Positions 22,771 to 36,131 of a stretch of DNA of 64,000 nt are shown piece by piece (the first letter of the stretch is position 1; every line of letters starts with the position of its first letter). The notes under the pieces are model-generated. The model was not told the DNA's origin and made no database searches. It worked only from the letters and a program-made list of their open reading frames with translations. The position numbers were made by a program, and so were the translations under genes. The stretch is from Parvularia atlantis (Eukaryota), in assembly GCA_943704415.1 (NCBI GenBank), contig CALSCO010000306.1, positions 1 through 64,000 on the forward strand, given 5' to 3'.

Positions 22771-24881
22771 TCAGACGTTGCCGTAGCCGCCGATACCGAC
22801 GAGCCGGTTGACCTTGTTGAGCGTGTTGTAGTAGTCCAGGTTGCGCAGCAGGCGCTTGGCTGGCTCGTAGCTGTGCTGGTCGCCCGCGCGGCGGCTCTCG
22901 CGCTTCCACGTGGCGACCGAGAAGATGAAGTCGGACAGGTTGAGCATCTCGCGGAACTCGGGCTCGTCTGTGTGCGCGCGCGCGGCGTGTGAGCGTTCGC
23001 AGCACGCATGCGCGCGCGCGCGCGCGCCGAGACGCCACCGGAGATGTTGGCCAGCAGCTCCACCGCACCCTGGTTGGCCTTGCTCGTCAGCTCCTCGTAG
23101 TGCATCTGCTGCACGCGCGCGATCGCAAACTCGTGGAACTGCAGCGGCGGCGCGAGCAGCGACTTGATCAGGCGGTTGCGCGTGGTCGGGTCGGTCACGG
23201 TGGTCATGGACGCGAGCGCACGGAAGCCGTCTGCGCCAAACGCGCGCGCGGGCGCGAGTGAGCACACGCGCCCGGCGTGCGCGGTTGCACGCGGACGCAC
23301 ACTGCAGGATCTTGGCGTTGGGGTTGTTGACCATGATGTTGGCCACGACGAGGTGCATGTTGACCGGGTGGATCGTCAAGACCGCACGGGCGTCCTTGTC
23401 CTCGGACAGCTTGGCGATGAAGCGGAACGCGCTCGTGATCATGTTCTCGTGGTCCTTGTGCTGGCGCAGCGCCGCCGTGAGCACCTCCTGGACCGTGTAC
23501 GGGTCCGAGAGCAGGCCGGGCAGGCAGCGCTCGCGCTTGATGCCGACCCAGAGCACGACGAGCGTGCGGAAGCCCTGGGCCAGGACCGACGCATTGGCGC
23601 CGTGCTCGCGCAGAGCCGTCACGATCGCGTCGGCCGTGCGGTGCGGGTCGGCCACGAGCATGCCCTTGAGGTCGTCGTCCTGGCCCTCAAAGCCCGCGAG
23701 GTTCTCCTGCGGGAGGCGGCCGTGTCGCGCGCGCGTGAGCGCCCGGCCGCCCGAGTGATGCGCGCGCGGGCCGCACCAGCGTGTGCATGCACAGAAAGTT
23801 GATCTTGTCGTGCGCGGCGTGGTTGCGCATCGCGGCGAGGGCGATCGTGTGGGCGTACCACGGCTTGGCCAGCAGGAACTTCCGCTTGGCCGAGTTGGTC
23901 GTCGTGCACTCGCACAGGTTGCACAGGACGGCCATGGCCTGCGGCGGCGTGGCGTGAGACGACGCGAGGAGGGGATCGGCGCGGCCAGCCGCGCGGACGC
24001 ACCGACTCGACCAGGCTGGCGTCGCGCGGGAAGCCGAGCAGCGCGGTGATGACGGCATCGTACGCGCGCACCTCCTGCGAGAACAGCAGGTTCTGGTTTG
24101 TCACGTCGCTCGCGACCGCCCGCAGCACGCCGCAGCCGGCCGTCTGAATATTGACGTCACGATGGTGTGTCCGCATCGAGTCGAGCACGGCTTGGTACAG
24201 CTTGGACGTGACAAAGACCTCCTTGTTGGCCGGGTTGACGCCGATGTTCCAGAGCGCGCGCAGGGCCTGGCGCCGCGGCCCGGTTAAGCACGCGGACAAT
24301 CGCATGCACGCGCTCGCACGCGCACCATCTCCTGGATGCTCACGTCCGCGCGGTACGCGATCAGGGCCGCCGTGAGGTACTCGTGCAGGCGCACGTGCGG
24401 CGCCGTGAGCAGCGCCTGGTTCTCCTTGCTGAGCGCGAGCTTCATGCACGTGAAGCATGCCTGGCGCGCACAGTGCAACGACAAAAATGAGACGCGGTTG
24501 TGCGCGTGGGCGCGGGCCAAGAGAAGACGCACCGCCTTTTGCACCGCGCCATCGCCAGCAAACTGGCGCATGAGCTTGACGACGACGAGGTGGACGGAGA
24601 AGACGTCGGTCACGCACATGCGCTGAATTTCCGGGCCGCAGCCGGCGAGCTTGCCGATCAGGCGCAACCCGGCCACGACCGACTTGGGGTCGTCGCGCGC
24701 GCGCAGGTCTAGCTCGACGAGCACGGCCGAGAGCAGCGACGCGGCGTCGCGTAGTTCTGCGTGGGGCGTTGTCGCGCGCGTGAGCCCTCCTCCTCTCAGC
24801 CACGCGCACGCGGCCGCGCGGCGCACCCTGCGCCCACTCGGCCTCGGTGTGCTCGCCCAGGCGCTTCTCCAGGGCGTCCAT
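22771..24881 (-). CDS. Armadillo/ARM-repeat protein, multi-exon
   Basis: Repeated helical units: DVSIQEM|ALRALWNI, DVNIQTAGCGVLRAVA, DASLVES|AMAVLCNL, ASVLAQGFRTL. Confidence 0.75.
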
Positions 24882-24957
24882 CGGGAGTGCTTGTCCGGCG
24901 CGCGCGCGGTTGCTGCTCAGCGCAGGGAGAAAAGAAATGCACACGCCCTAGCACGCC

Positions 24958-24999
24958 ATTGGTCCGTCTAGCGCCGTGCGTCGATTGGACGTGACGTCA
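24958..24999. promoter_or_regulatory. Putative bidirectional promoter module: ATTGG x2 plus CRE
   Basis: ATTGG 24958-24962, ATTGG 24984-24988, TGACGTCA 24992-24999, between the divergent ARM and RING genes. Confidence 0.55.
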
Positions 25000-25001
25000 T
25001 C

Positions 25002-27229
25002 ATGGGCGCTAATGCGTCACGGAGCGGCGCGGCGCCGCACCCGCCGCCGCACGCGTCGCAGCCCCGCGCGGCCCACGCCGCGTCGCCGCCGTCCGGCGCT
25101 GCGTCCTCATTGTCCGCGTTTCTGTGCGTCCGCAGCCGCCCCGTGGCGCCACTCGCTGACGACGAACGCCGCGCGCGCGCACTCACGTTAAAAACAGTGG
25201 CGCCCCGCCGCCGCCTGCCCACTCGAGCGGCGGCCCGTCTACGCCGTCCGCGTCGGCCCCCGGCGCCTCAGCGGTGCGCGCACTGCGGCCCCCGGCGCGC
25301 ACGACGCGGCTGAGTGGAGAGGCGCACAGCGCGCCTCGGCGACAACGGCCCCCGCGGCGCCGCGGCGAAGCCTGCGCGTCCGCTCCATGTCGTCGTTCCT
25401 GAGCCGCCGGCCGACCGCCGACGAGGTCGGACCCGCGGCAGTGTCACACGCGTCGCCGACGGGCGCCACCTCGTCGTCTGTCGGACACGCGCCGTCTGCC
25501 CAGGCCGCCGCGTCAAGCGCCGCCGCCTCAACCGCCCCAACATCCGCCGGCGGCCCGTCGGCCATGTCACAGGCCGCGTCGTCCGCCGCGTCGCGCATCC
25601 GCGAGGCGTTCTCGGGCTCGTCGCGCTCGCGGGTGCGCGCCGTTCTGCTCGCGTGCACGCACCTACGCCGGCTTTGGCACCAACCGCCGCACAGTCGTAC
25701 CTGCGCGCGCGCCCTGCGCAGTCGAGCAACGGCAGCAGCAGCAGCAGCTCCGCCACCACGCGCATGGCCGAGGACGCGGGCGAGGAGGACGACGACGAGT
25801 ACACGACCAGCATGGCAGCGCTGAGCACGCCGTTGCACTCGGCCGAGGAAGAGTGTACGGCCGTCGCTGGCATCGGCGTGCGCGCGCAAGGGACGCTCAC
25901 GCAGCGTCCCTTGCGCAGCCCGCTGGGTCCTGCGCGCCAACTCGCTTCGGCGGCGACGCGCCCCAACGTCGTCGAACGACCACCCAGGCACGTCGCGACA
26001 GCGCCCGCGATCAGCAGCGAAACCTGCCTGACACGCGCGAGCTCGCAGGCGGCCCAGGCGTCTTTGTGCCGCGGCAGACGCGTCCGCGCCGTGGCTCGCT
26101 CACCAGCGCGGCGTCCGTGCGGAGCGATGAGACCGTTCTCAGCACGGCCACGTCAGACACCTTCTCGTCCGTCACGACGACCGGTGCGCGCGTCGCCGCT
26201 CTCGCGCGCTGCTGACCTTCCAACGCGGCCAGGCACGGCCAACACGGTCGAGCGCGCCGAGCGCCGTGCGGCGGTGGCCACGGCCCCGATCGCCGCCGCC
26301 GCTATCGCCACCGCCGCCAGCAGCTCCAGCGCGAGCTCGGGCGCAGAGCGGTTGGAGCGCGGCAACAATGCCTCCGCGGTTTCGCGCCGGCACGTTTCGC
26401 TTTCCGCGCTTGGGCTGCGACGGCGGTGCTGTGCGCTGACTCGCGCGCTCGCAGCGAGCGCTCGACCGCCGACCTGAGCGCGCTCCTGTCGAACGACAGC
26501 ACGCAGGTGCACGTCATCTACGCGTCCTCGCTCGGGACGGCCTCGGGCGCGTCGCTGCTCGTGCTCTACGTGGGCAACGACAGCGGCAGCGCGACCGGAA
26601 GTGACGACGACATCCCGCGCAGGTGCGCTGCAACCGCTTGCCCCCCCCCTCTGGATGCGCTGACCGCGTTTACAGCGCACGTGGACGCGGCAGCCGCGGC
26701 AGCAGCAACAACCTCATCGTGTACCTCATCGCCGGCCCGGTGAGCGCGCGCGTGTGTGTGTCTGCCTGCGCGGCGTCTGACTGCGCTGCACGTGTCAGCT
26801 TGCCGGCCTAAACGGCCCCGGCGCGGCGTCGTACGAGGAGCTGCTCGCGCTGCAGGAGCGCATGGGCTTTGTGAACCGCGGCGCGCGCCAGGAGGAGGTG
26901 CGCCGATTGTCCATGCGCGCCTCGCTGCGGCTGACGCGGACGCAGGTCAACACGATCAAGACGGCCGAGTTTGAGCCCGGCGTGGTCGACGACCCGCGCT
27001 GCCCGATCTGCCTGTACGAGTATCGCGAGCACGAGCACCTGCGCCTGCTCCCGTGCGCGCACCACTTCCACCGCGACTGCGTCGACAAGTGGCTGGTGCG
27101 CGGCCGCTTCCCTGCGCCCGCCGTGTGCGCGCACGCCTGGGCTCACGGCTGGCGCAGATCGAGCACGTCAACTCGTGCCCGCTCTGCCGCGAGATCGCAG
27201 TGCAACCGGCGATGTCGGCCACGGCGTGA
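25002..27229 (+). CDS. RING-H2 E3 ubiquitin ligase with long low-complexity N-terminus (possible N-myristoylation, MGANAS)
   Basis: SYEELLALQERMGFVNRG, CPICLYEY...LRLLPCAHHFHRDCVDKWL|IEHVNSCPLCR. 5' exons join in frame via GTGCG introns. Confidence 0.8.
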
Positions 27230-27268
27230 AAAAGCATATGTATGCATACTGTGTACCTTCTGATTGTC

Positions 27269-29072
27269 ATGGTGATGGCATCGGCTTCGGCCGTGCAGGC
27301 GCTGTGCACGCGTGGCCTGCTGCTCGCGGGCATCGTGCGTGCGGCCTGGCGCGCGGCCGCGTGGCAAACCGTCGCGCGCACAGGTCGTGTCGGTGCTCGT
27401 GATCACGCACTCGGCCGTGGCCGTGCCGCGCGCCGACGCCGCCAGCGTCTATCGGGCCGCGGGCGACGCCGAGGACGACGACGGCCGCCTCGTGACGGTG
27501 CGCGCGCCCCGTCCGTGCGCGTGCCGCGGCGCTGACGTTGCGCGCGCGGCGGCAGGTGCCGCAGCTGGGCTTCAGTGTGCCGCTCGTCGAGCTGCGCAGG
27601 CTGTACATGCCCGACATGCCCGGCTCCTACGTGCTGCCGCGTGACGCCGGCGTGCCCTCGCGGTACCCGCGCGTGACGCGCCTGCCCGTGAGCCAGCAGC
27701 TGCGCGTGCTCGTGACGGGCGGGGCCGGCTTCGTCGGGTCGCACCTTGTGGACCGGCTCATGCTCATGGTGCGCGCTCGCCACGTGAGGCACCGACGCGT
27801 GGCCCCACGCTGACGCGCGGCGCGATAGGGCCACTACGTGATCGCCCTCGACAACTTCTTCACGGGGAGACGCTCCAACGTGGCGCACTGGATCGGGCAC
27901 GAAAACTTTGAGCTGCTGCGGCACGATGTCGTCGACGAGATCCACCTCGAGGTCGACCGCATCTATCACCTGGCCTCGCCGGCCTCGCCACCGCGCTACC
28001 AGGTCGGCCGGGCGCGTGCGTGCGTGCGTGCGTGCGTGTGTGGCTGACGCGCTGTCCTCCGGGTGGCGACGGTTAGATCGATCGCGTCCGCACCATCAAG
28101 GCCAACACCGTCGGCACGATCAACATGCTCGAGCTGGCCGAGCGCGTCAAGGCGCGCGTGCTCATGGCGTCCACGTCTGGTGCGGCAGCCCAAGCACGCG
28201 CGCCCTGTGCACGCACCCACCCACTTGGCCCCCTTGGCAGAGGTGTACGGCGACCCGGAGGTCTCGCCGCAGCCCGAGTCGTACTGGGGCCACGTCAACC
28301 CGATCGGGCCGCGCGCGTGCTACGACGAGGCCAAGCGCGTGGCCGAGACGCTGTGCTACGCGTACCAGTGCGTGGTTGGCCCGCACGCGCCGCTCGCGTC
28401 ACACCGGCTGACCAGTCGGTCCAGCGAGCAGCACGGCGTCCCGGTGCGCGTCGTGCGCATCTTCAACACATTCGGGCCACGCATGTCCGAGGACGACGGG
28501 CGCGTCGTCAGCAACTTCCTCCTCCAGGCGTTCAAGCAGACGCCGCTGACGATCTACGGCTCGGGCGAGCAAACGCGCAGCTTCCAGTACGTGCACGACC
28601 TCGTCTCGGGCATGATCGCGCTCATGGAGAGCAACTACACGCTGCCGGTCAACATCGGTGCGCCGCGCACTGCGCACGGTGCGACGCGATGTTCTGAGCT
28701 GAGCCCGACCGATGCGCGCCAGGCAACCCGGAGGAGTTCACGATCAACGAGTTTGCTGAGTTTATCCGTGAGTCGTTGCAGTTTGAGGCGAGGACGCGCG
28801 CGCGCGCGCGCGGGGCACGCTCCCGGTCCGCGCTGAAATCAAAGCTGCGCCCAGGTCACCGTCGCACACCTGCCGGCCGTGCAGGACGACCCGCAGCAGC
28901 GCAAGCCCGACATCACGCGCGCGCAGACGGTGTGGCGCGTTACGACTGGCGTTGCGCACGGCGCTGAAACGGCGCGCAGCACCTCGGGTGGTCGCCGCAG
29001 TTCTCGGTGCGCGAGGGCATCAAGGAGACCGCGGCTTACTACGAATACCGCGTCAAGGCCGGCTACGCCTGA
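27269..29072 (+). CDS. UXS1: UDP-glucuronate decarboxylase / UDP-xylose synthase
   Basis: [78 protein letters not shown]. Start codon less certain. Confidence 0.95.
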
Positions 29073-29125
29073 CGCGCGCTCATGTCATGCTAAAGGTGGT
29101 ACACGTGCACAAAAAGCGGCCGCCG

Positions 29126-32100
29126 TCAGCCCCAGACCTTGATCTGGTTGTCGGCCGCGGCAGAGAAGATCTTACCCTTGCCGTAGACCACGGCCGCGAC
29201 CGACGACGTGTGGCGGATGAGCGTCTGCACGCACTGGAAGGTCTCGAGGTTCCAGACCTGCCCGGCACCCGTCAGCTCCTGCTTGCACATCGGAATCGCG
29301 CGCGCGCAAGCACGACGCACCTTGACCGTGTTGTCGTACGAGCCGCTGAAGAGGCGGTTCGGGCCGGCCGTGGACGTCGCGAGCGCGTAGACCGTCGCCG
29401 TGTGGCCTGCGTGCAGCCGTGGCGCGTTTCAGCGCACCACACAGCAAAAGCTGCGCCCTGCACCGTTCAGCGAGCCTTTCTGCTGGAACGTGCGCAGGTC
29501 CCACAGCTGCGCAGCGAAGCGCGGACGTGAGCCGTGCGCGCACGCAGAGCGCCCGCGCGGGCACGCACGTCGATCCGGTTCTCGTAGATGCCCGAGATCA
29601 GGTTCTGCCCGACCGTGTCGACGGCGAGCGAGTAGACTGAGCCGCCCTGGCACGTGATCGTGCGGATGCACTGGAAACCGTCCAGCTCCCAGATCTGCGC
29701 GGGCACGGCACACGTGAGGAGCCGTCGGCGGCACCCCGGGCGAGGTCAGCCGCACCATGATCATGTTGTAGCTGCCCGAGTACAGGCGGTCACCCGAGAC
29801 CACGAGCGCCCGCACCCAGTGGTTGTGCCCGCGCAGCTGCGCCACAACCGTCATTTGGTCGGCGTCCCACACCTGTTGCGGCGGCTGCGTCAGTTGCGCA
29901 CATACACTGGGCGCGCGACGCGCACCGTGACGGTCTTCAGCGAGCCGCTGAGCAGCAGTGGGCGCTCGCTGCTGCGCACGGCCAGGGTGCACACGGCGTT
30001 GTCGCTCGCCGAAACCGATTTGAGCAGCTCGTACGTGCTCAGGCTCCAGACCTTGATCGTACAGTCGGACGAGCCCGAATACAGCGTGCGGCCAATGATG
30101 GCCACGGCGTAGATGATGCCCTCGTGCCCCGTCATCGTCTGCACGCACACGCGCCGGTTGATGTCCCACGCTGCGGGCATCCGCACGGCGTCAGACGCGG
30201 CCGGTGCATGCGTGGTGGCCAGCGCACCCTTGATGCTCAGGTCCGACGACCCGCTGAAGACCAGGTCGCCCGAGAGCGCCAGCGCCCAGACCGGCCCGCT
30301 ATGCCCGACGTAGGTGCCGACACACTTGAACTTGTGGTTGTACAGGTCGATGTCTAGCGGGTGCGGCGGCCGGTCAGCTGCGGGCGGCACGACCGGCGGG
30401 CCGCGCCCGCGCACCGTCCACGAGGCCGACCTTGGCATTCAGGTGCGACACGTCGCTCGTCAGGTCGGTCACGTGCATGCCGTAGTCGCGCATGCTCCGC
30501 GTGAGCGAGTCGATCTTCTCCTGGAACGACCCTAGCAGCGTGCACAGCTGCAGTCAGCGGGCGCTGCCTTGCCGCCAGCGCCGCGCACCGATCACGTTCT
30601 TCTCAAGCTCGTCCATGCGCGCGTTGAGCTGCTCAATCGTGCGCTTCATCTCGTTGATCTCGGCCGTGCGCTCGCCCAGCATCCCCTGCGCCGCCGTCAC
30701 CGATGCAGCGAAGCAAGGGCGGCCGCACCTCGAGCAGCTCGACGCGCTGGTCGCGCTCATTCAGCAGGTCCTTCAGCGCCTCGAACCGGCACGTTTCCAG
30801 GTGCGTCTTGACCTGGTCCACCTTTCCGCGGAAGGCGCAGCTGCACGCCGCGCCAGTCGTCAGGCGGCACTGCCGCACACGCGCGGGCGAGGGGGGCAGG
30901 CGTACCCGCGCTTGCGGTGCGGGCACGGCATGTTGGCGCAAACACGCAGATGCGCCTCGACCTGCGCAGCGCGCGTCAGCCGCGCGGCAGCCAGGCCGGA
31001 TGTAAGCCCACCTGCGTCGCCAGAAGCGGCCCGCAGTCACTCGAGTTGGGGCACACGACCGGCGCAAAGCCGCAGGCGGCCTCGTGCTGCCTGCGTCCGC
31101 CGATCGAGGTGAGCCGCACCGCCGACGCGGCCGCACGCGCACGCACTGGCGCTCCTTGAGCTTGGTCTGCATCTTACAGCCCTCGACGCCCTCGACCGCG
31201 ACGCCGCCCAGCGTCGGCTTCTGGTACCGGCAGAAGACCATGAGCTCGCCGATCTGCTCCGAGAGCTGCGCAGGACGTTGAGGCGTCACAGCGGCGAGCA
31301 GTGCGTGCGCGCACCGCCAGGTTGGACCACATGTCGGCCTCGGTCAGCGGCATGTCGGTGATGGGGCACTTGCCCGTGGCGCGGATCTTGCGCACGAGGC
31401 ACTGGCGGCAGAACGAGTACTGGCGCGTGTGCCGTGAGCGCTCTGCTGCCGCCGCCGCCACTGCCGCCACCCGCCACTCGGCAGTACGCACCCCGCACTT
31501 GGCGATGACCGGGTCGCGCATCACGCCGTTGTGGATCTTGCAGATCAGCGGCGCGGCCGGCGGCGCGACAAAGTTGGCCTCGACGCCCGCGTCGTCGTCG
31601 TTGTCATCGTCGCCCGCTGCGACCGCCGCCGCCACCGCCGCCCCGGCCGCGCCGGCGCCCCCCGTGACGCTGCTGCTGAGCGAGAGCGACGACGAGGACG
31701 AGGAGACGCGGCTGCTGCAGCCACGGCGGCGGCGGCGCGAGCAACGTAAAAAAACACGGGGCTGCGCCAGGTCTAAACCACGCACCCGCCCAGCGTCGGC
31801 GTCGACGACGGTGCAGGCGACGCCGCACCGCTTCCGGCCGTGCCGCCACCCACCGCAGGCGCCGACGTCGCCGCCGCGGCCGCGCGCACGGGCGTCGCGC
31901 TCGCGCTCGTGCTGCCGCCCGCGTGATGATGCGGCGAGGTGGCCCCGCGCAGACTCGCGTGGTCCTTGGCGGGGCTCGCGCCGACGCCGCCGGATCCGCC
32001 GGATCCAGCGCCCGCCGTGGGCGTGAGCAGCGCCGTCGGCGTCAGGGTCGGCGACGCCGCGCCCGCGCCGCTGACGACAAGCGCGGCCGGCGGAGCCGAG

Positions 32101-32144
32101 CGGCGCCTGTCCAGTGGGTCGAACACAGAGCCTTTGCCGGTCAT
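29126..32144 (-). CDS. TRAF7: TRAF7-like protein: RING-like + TRAF-type zinc fingers + coiled coil + WD40 repeats (alternative ATG at 32174)
   Basis: DPVIAKCG|YSFCRQC, NLA|LSEQIGELMVFCRY, HLETCRFEALK, FKCVGTYVGHSGPVWAL, DNAVCTL, LRGHNHWVRAL, GGSVYSLAV, GIYENRID, CVQTLIRHTSSV, DNQIKVW match remembered TRAF7 motifs in order. Confidence 0.85.
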
Positions 32145-32178
32145 GGGTGAACTGGCGGGCACACAGTCGCACATGCGG

Positions 32179-35100
32179 TCACTTCTTAGAGAGCATCGCG
32201 CGAAAGTCGTCCTGGGACTTTCTCGCGCCCGCGTTCGGTGCGCCTGCAGCAGGCGCAGGTGCCGCAGTGGTCGCAGATGACGGCACGCTCGAAACGGCCA
32301 CGAGCGGCCTGCGCATCACCTGGCGCGGCATCAGCGTTGTCGCCGGGGTGCGCGCGGCCTCGGGCGCGGGCTGGTCGGCACTGCCGCCGCCGCCACCGCC
32401 GCCGCCGCCGGGCCCGCGCTTGCCGGGCGGGTTGGACATTTTGACCGAGATCTGCCGCGCGTGTGCGCACGTCAGGCTGTGTGGTCCGGCAAAGCGACAG
32501 CGACATGTACCGTTTGCCCGTCCATGTCCTTGCCGTCCATGTCGAGTGCGCGGCGGGCGGCCATCTGCGTTGCGTTGCGTGCGTGCGTGAGCGGCAGCGC
32601 GTGAGCGCCCGCGCGTGCGGGGCGCACCTCGTCGCTGTACTCGATGTACGCAAAGCCCTTGGACAGGCCCGTCTTGCGGATGGCGAGGCGCACCTGCTTG
32701 AGCTTCTCGCCGTGGTCACGCACTGCGCTCTCGCCGCGACGGGCCGCGCACCTCGCCGTACTGCTGGAAGACCGCCTCAAGCCTCTTCTCGTCGGCCGAG
32801 AACGGCAGCTGCGACACAAACACGGTCTTCTCGTCCGCGGTCGTCGGGAACCTGCCGATGCGCAAGCGCGAGTGAGCCGCACACACAACACTCTGCTGCA
32901 ACCACGCACTGCTCACGGCGCGCGCCAGGCCGCGCGCTCACAAACTTGGACACGTACATCGGGCGGCCGTCGAGGCGCTCGCGGTCGCGCAGGATGGCCT
33001 ACGTGCGACTGTCAGACAGGACCGCCGCCCTCGCCGCGTGCGCACCTTGGCCGCAGACTCCTTCGACACGAACGTCACCGTACCATACCCCTTGGACGCG
33101 TTGTTGTTGCGCGGGTCGCGCGTGAGCACCACCGACTCGATCTCTCCGCTCTGGTGTTGGCACGCGCGTCAGCAGCTGCGCCGTGCCGCGGCCGAGTGCG
33201 CGCACCGACGATAGCACGCTCAGCAGGCGCTCCTCGGTCACGCTAAACGCGAGGTTGCTCACAAAGACGCTGCGCTCCTGCTGCGAGCTGTGCGCACCGC
33301 CGTCAGCACGCAGCCGCGGAGCAGCGTCGCACGCACGCATCGCGGTACGGGTTCTTTGGCGGTTCAGGCTTGGCCGACGACGCCTGGCCGTCCACGTCCA
33401 TCGCGTTCGCGTCTGCACTGCCCGCGTCCTTGGCGGGCCCTGCGCCTGCACCAGCGCCTCAGCGCGTGCACGGCGCACTGCACGCCCAACACGCACCGTG
33501 GGCACCGACAGTGCGTGCCCGCTTGGCGCCACCCGCGTCCTCGCCCTGCCCGCGCTTGCGCTGCCTCGCGCGGTAAGTGTCCCGGCGCAGCAAGGCGCCG
33601 CACCGCGCACCTTGTCCGACTTGCGCGCATCGGCGGCCGCGGCGGCCTCGGCGGCAGCCTTCTCGGCCTTCTCGGTCTCCTGCGTGCACGTGTGAACTGC
33701 AACGCGACGCGTGCATGGGACGCACGCGCTGCTGCTGCTGCTCAAGCAGGTTCATCTGCGTCTGCACGCGCTGCGCCATCAGGTCGTACGACTCGAGCGT
33801 GCCCTGTCGACGATGTCAGACGGCTTGCTGGCCGATGTGCGTGCGCCACGCACCTCCTCGCGCTCAAACTCGAGCGCCTCGCCAAACAGGCGCATGTCGT
33901 CGCTGCGCGAGGACACGCCGCGCCGGTACAGCGCCTGCGCGGTCGTCCGGTCGCCGACAAGTCTTGCGTGGTGTGTGGCGTGCGCATCAGCGACAGCGCA
34001 CGAGCGCACGCGCGCCAGCTGCACCGTTCCAGGCGCGCAAACTCGAGCCACAGGTCAGCCGAGCGCGGGTATGCCTTGAGCAGACTCTCGTACTGCTCAC
34101 GCGCGCGCGCCAGGTCTTTCCAATGCAGCACCTGCGCGGCACTCAGCGGGCACGCGGGCGGCAGGTCGACACGTGCCTCCATGCGCACGCGGTACCGCTC
34201 GAGCTGGCAATACGGGTCGCCGCCCGAAAAGTACTGCGCGACGTGATTGATCGCGTACTCGAGGGCCGGCCGCAGCGCCTCGTGCGACGTGGCACGCGCG
34301 GCCTCGTCTGCAGATTCTCGTCAAGGCGGGCGGGCATGCAAGCGATGAGCACACGCACCCTTCTCGGCGCAGCGCCGCACGTAGTCCACGTAGGCCACGT
34401 GCAGCTTGGCCAGCTCGTCGCCCGTCTGAAAGTTGCTGCCGCGCCCGCGGTGGTACACGTCTGCGCAGGCGCACGGCTCAGCGGACACATGACCCGGTCC
34501 CCGCTGTGCACCGTCAATCTCCTCCTTTGGCGCGCCCAGCCGCTCGAGTGCGCGCAGGTAGCTCGCCCAGACGTCGCCCGACCAGCTGCAGTTGCGCGTT
34601 GCGCGCACGTGCACCGGCCGAAGCACCGAGGCGACTGCGCGCATCGGGTGAGCGCGCGCGCACATGCACGCACCCGTGCCTTTGCGCACTCTTCACGTGG
34701 TGGTCAAGGAAGTCCGTGTACTTGACCCAGACGTGCGGTTGCAGGCTGTGCTTGGCCACGCAGCGCTCAAACAGGACGCGCACGCGGAACGGGTCCGGCT
34801 GCCTCTGGTGCGTCTCAAAATCGATGTAGCTCAAGTACGCCGGCAGGCTGTCGCTGCTGGCCTCCTGCGCACGCACGCGCAGGTCGTGCTTGTCAGCCGC
34901 CGCGCCGTCGCGTGCTCACGACGACGACCGCACCAGCGCCGCCTCGTACGGCTTGCGCGCCTCGGTCTCCTTGAGCGCTTTGTCGATCGTGCTCTTGAGC
35001 GTCGCGAGCTGTGCATCCTGCTCGGTACGCGACGGTCGGTCAGCGGCGCACGGGGCCACGGCGCGCTCCGCACCTTCTCGGCGGCGTTGCGCTGCTCCTC

Positions 35101-36078
35101 AAACGCCTTGTACGCCTCCAGCGTCTCGTCGTAAGCTGCGAGTGCGGCACCGTAAGCCCGTGCAGCCGCGAGGCACAGAGTAGCACACTCAGGTGCGGCA
35201 CGGTGAGCTGGCGCCGGTACAGCTTCTGCACGGCGGCGAGCGTGTCGTCGGCGTGCTCGGTCTCGAACAGGATGTACATCGTCCAGATGATGTGGCCCTC
35301 GCTGATGTGCGCGCCCACTGCGGCGGGCGGTGAGGCTCGGCACGGCACGCGCGGCATCCGGCGCCACGCACTCGTTGTCACGGCGCGCTCAAACACGCCG
35401 CGTACGTCCTTCACGCCCATCGCCGGGTTGTCGCGTGCGACGTCGGCCATGAGGAACGTCAGATACCGGATCCAGAGCGTCGGCGCTGGCCCGTGCGCAG
35501 AATGAGCGGCGTGCGCCGGCGCAGCATTCGGACAGCGCGCACTGTTGAAGTCGGCCAAGGCGCGCTCAAACAGCTTGACGAGCCCCGAGCGCGCCTCGGG
35601 CTTGGCCGCGCTGCCGAGCGCCTCCTGCTCATCCTCGAGCCACTGCAGCCACACGCCTGCGCCCGCGCGTCGGCACTGCGCCTGCCCGCTCGGCACGGCG
35701 CGGCGCCACGCACCCTCCGGCAGCGGGAAGGTCTCGCTGCAGCGCTCGCGCGCGTACCGCAGCTCGTCGCGGTGGTGCGGGCCGGCGGCGCGCAGCGTGT
35801 CGATGAACTGCTGGTGCGACTCGTAGTGGTACGGGAACTGCTTGACCTGCAGCGCGGCGGGCGCGTGAGCGAGCGCGGCGTGGCGGAGCGTGTCAGCGGC
35901 GCCTTGCCTGGACGCGCAGGAGGCTGATCTCGCCGTCGAGCTGCTGCTGCCGCTGCTCGTCCTCGTCGTCCGCGTCACCCCGACCGTGGCGGCCACCACC
36001 GCCCTCGCCGCCCTCGTCGTCGTTGTCGTCCGGAATATCCGTTTCCTTCATGAACTCGAGCTCCTGCGGCGTCGGCAT
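32179..36078 (-). CDS. SART3: SART3/Prp24 U4/U6 recycling factor (HAT repeats, RRMs, C-terminal LSm-interaction motif)
   Basis: FPLPE|GVWLQWLEDE, LFERALADF, LFERCVAKH, SVFVSNLAFSVTEERL, TVFVSQLPFS, SKGFAYIEY, terminal KSQDDFRAMLSKK. Confidence 0.9.
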
Positions 36079-36131
36079 TGGGCGCGGTGCAGTTACTACA
36101 GAGTAGTTGACAATTATGACACTCGGCTGCC

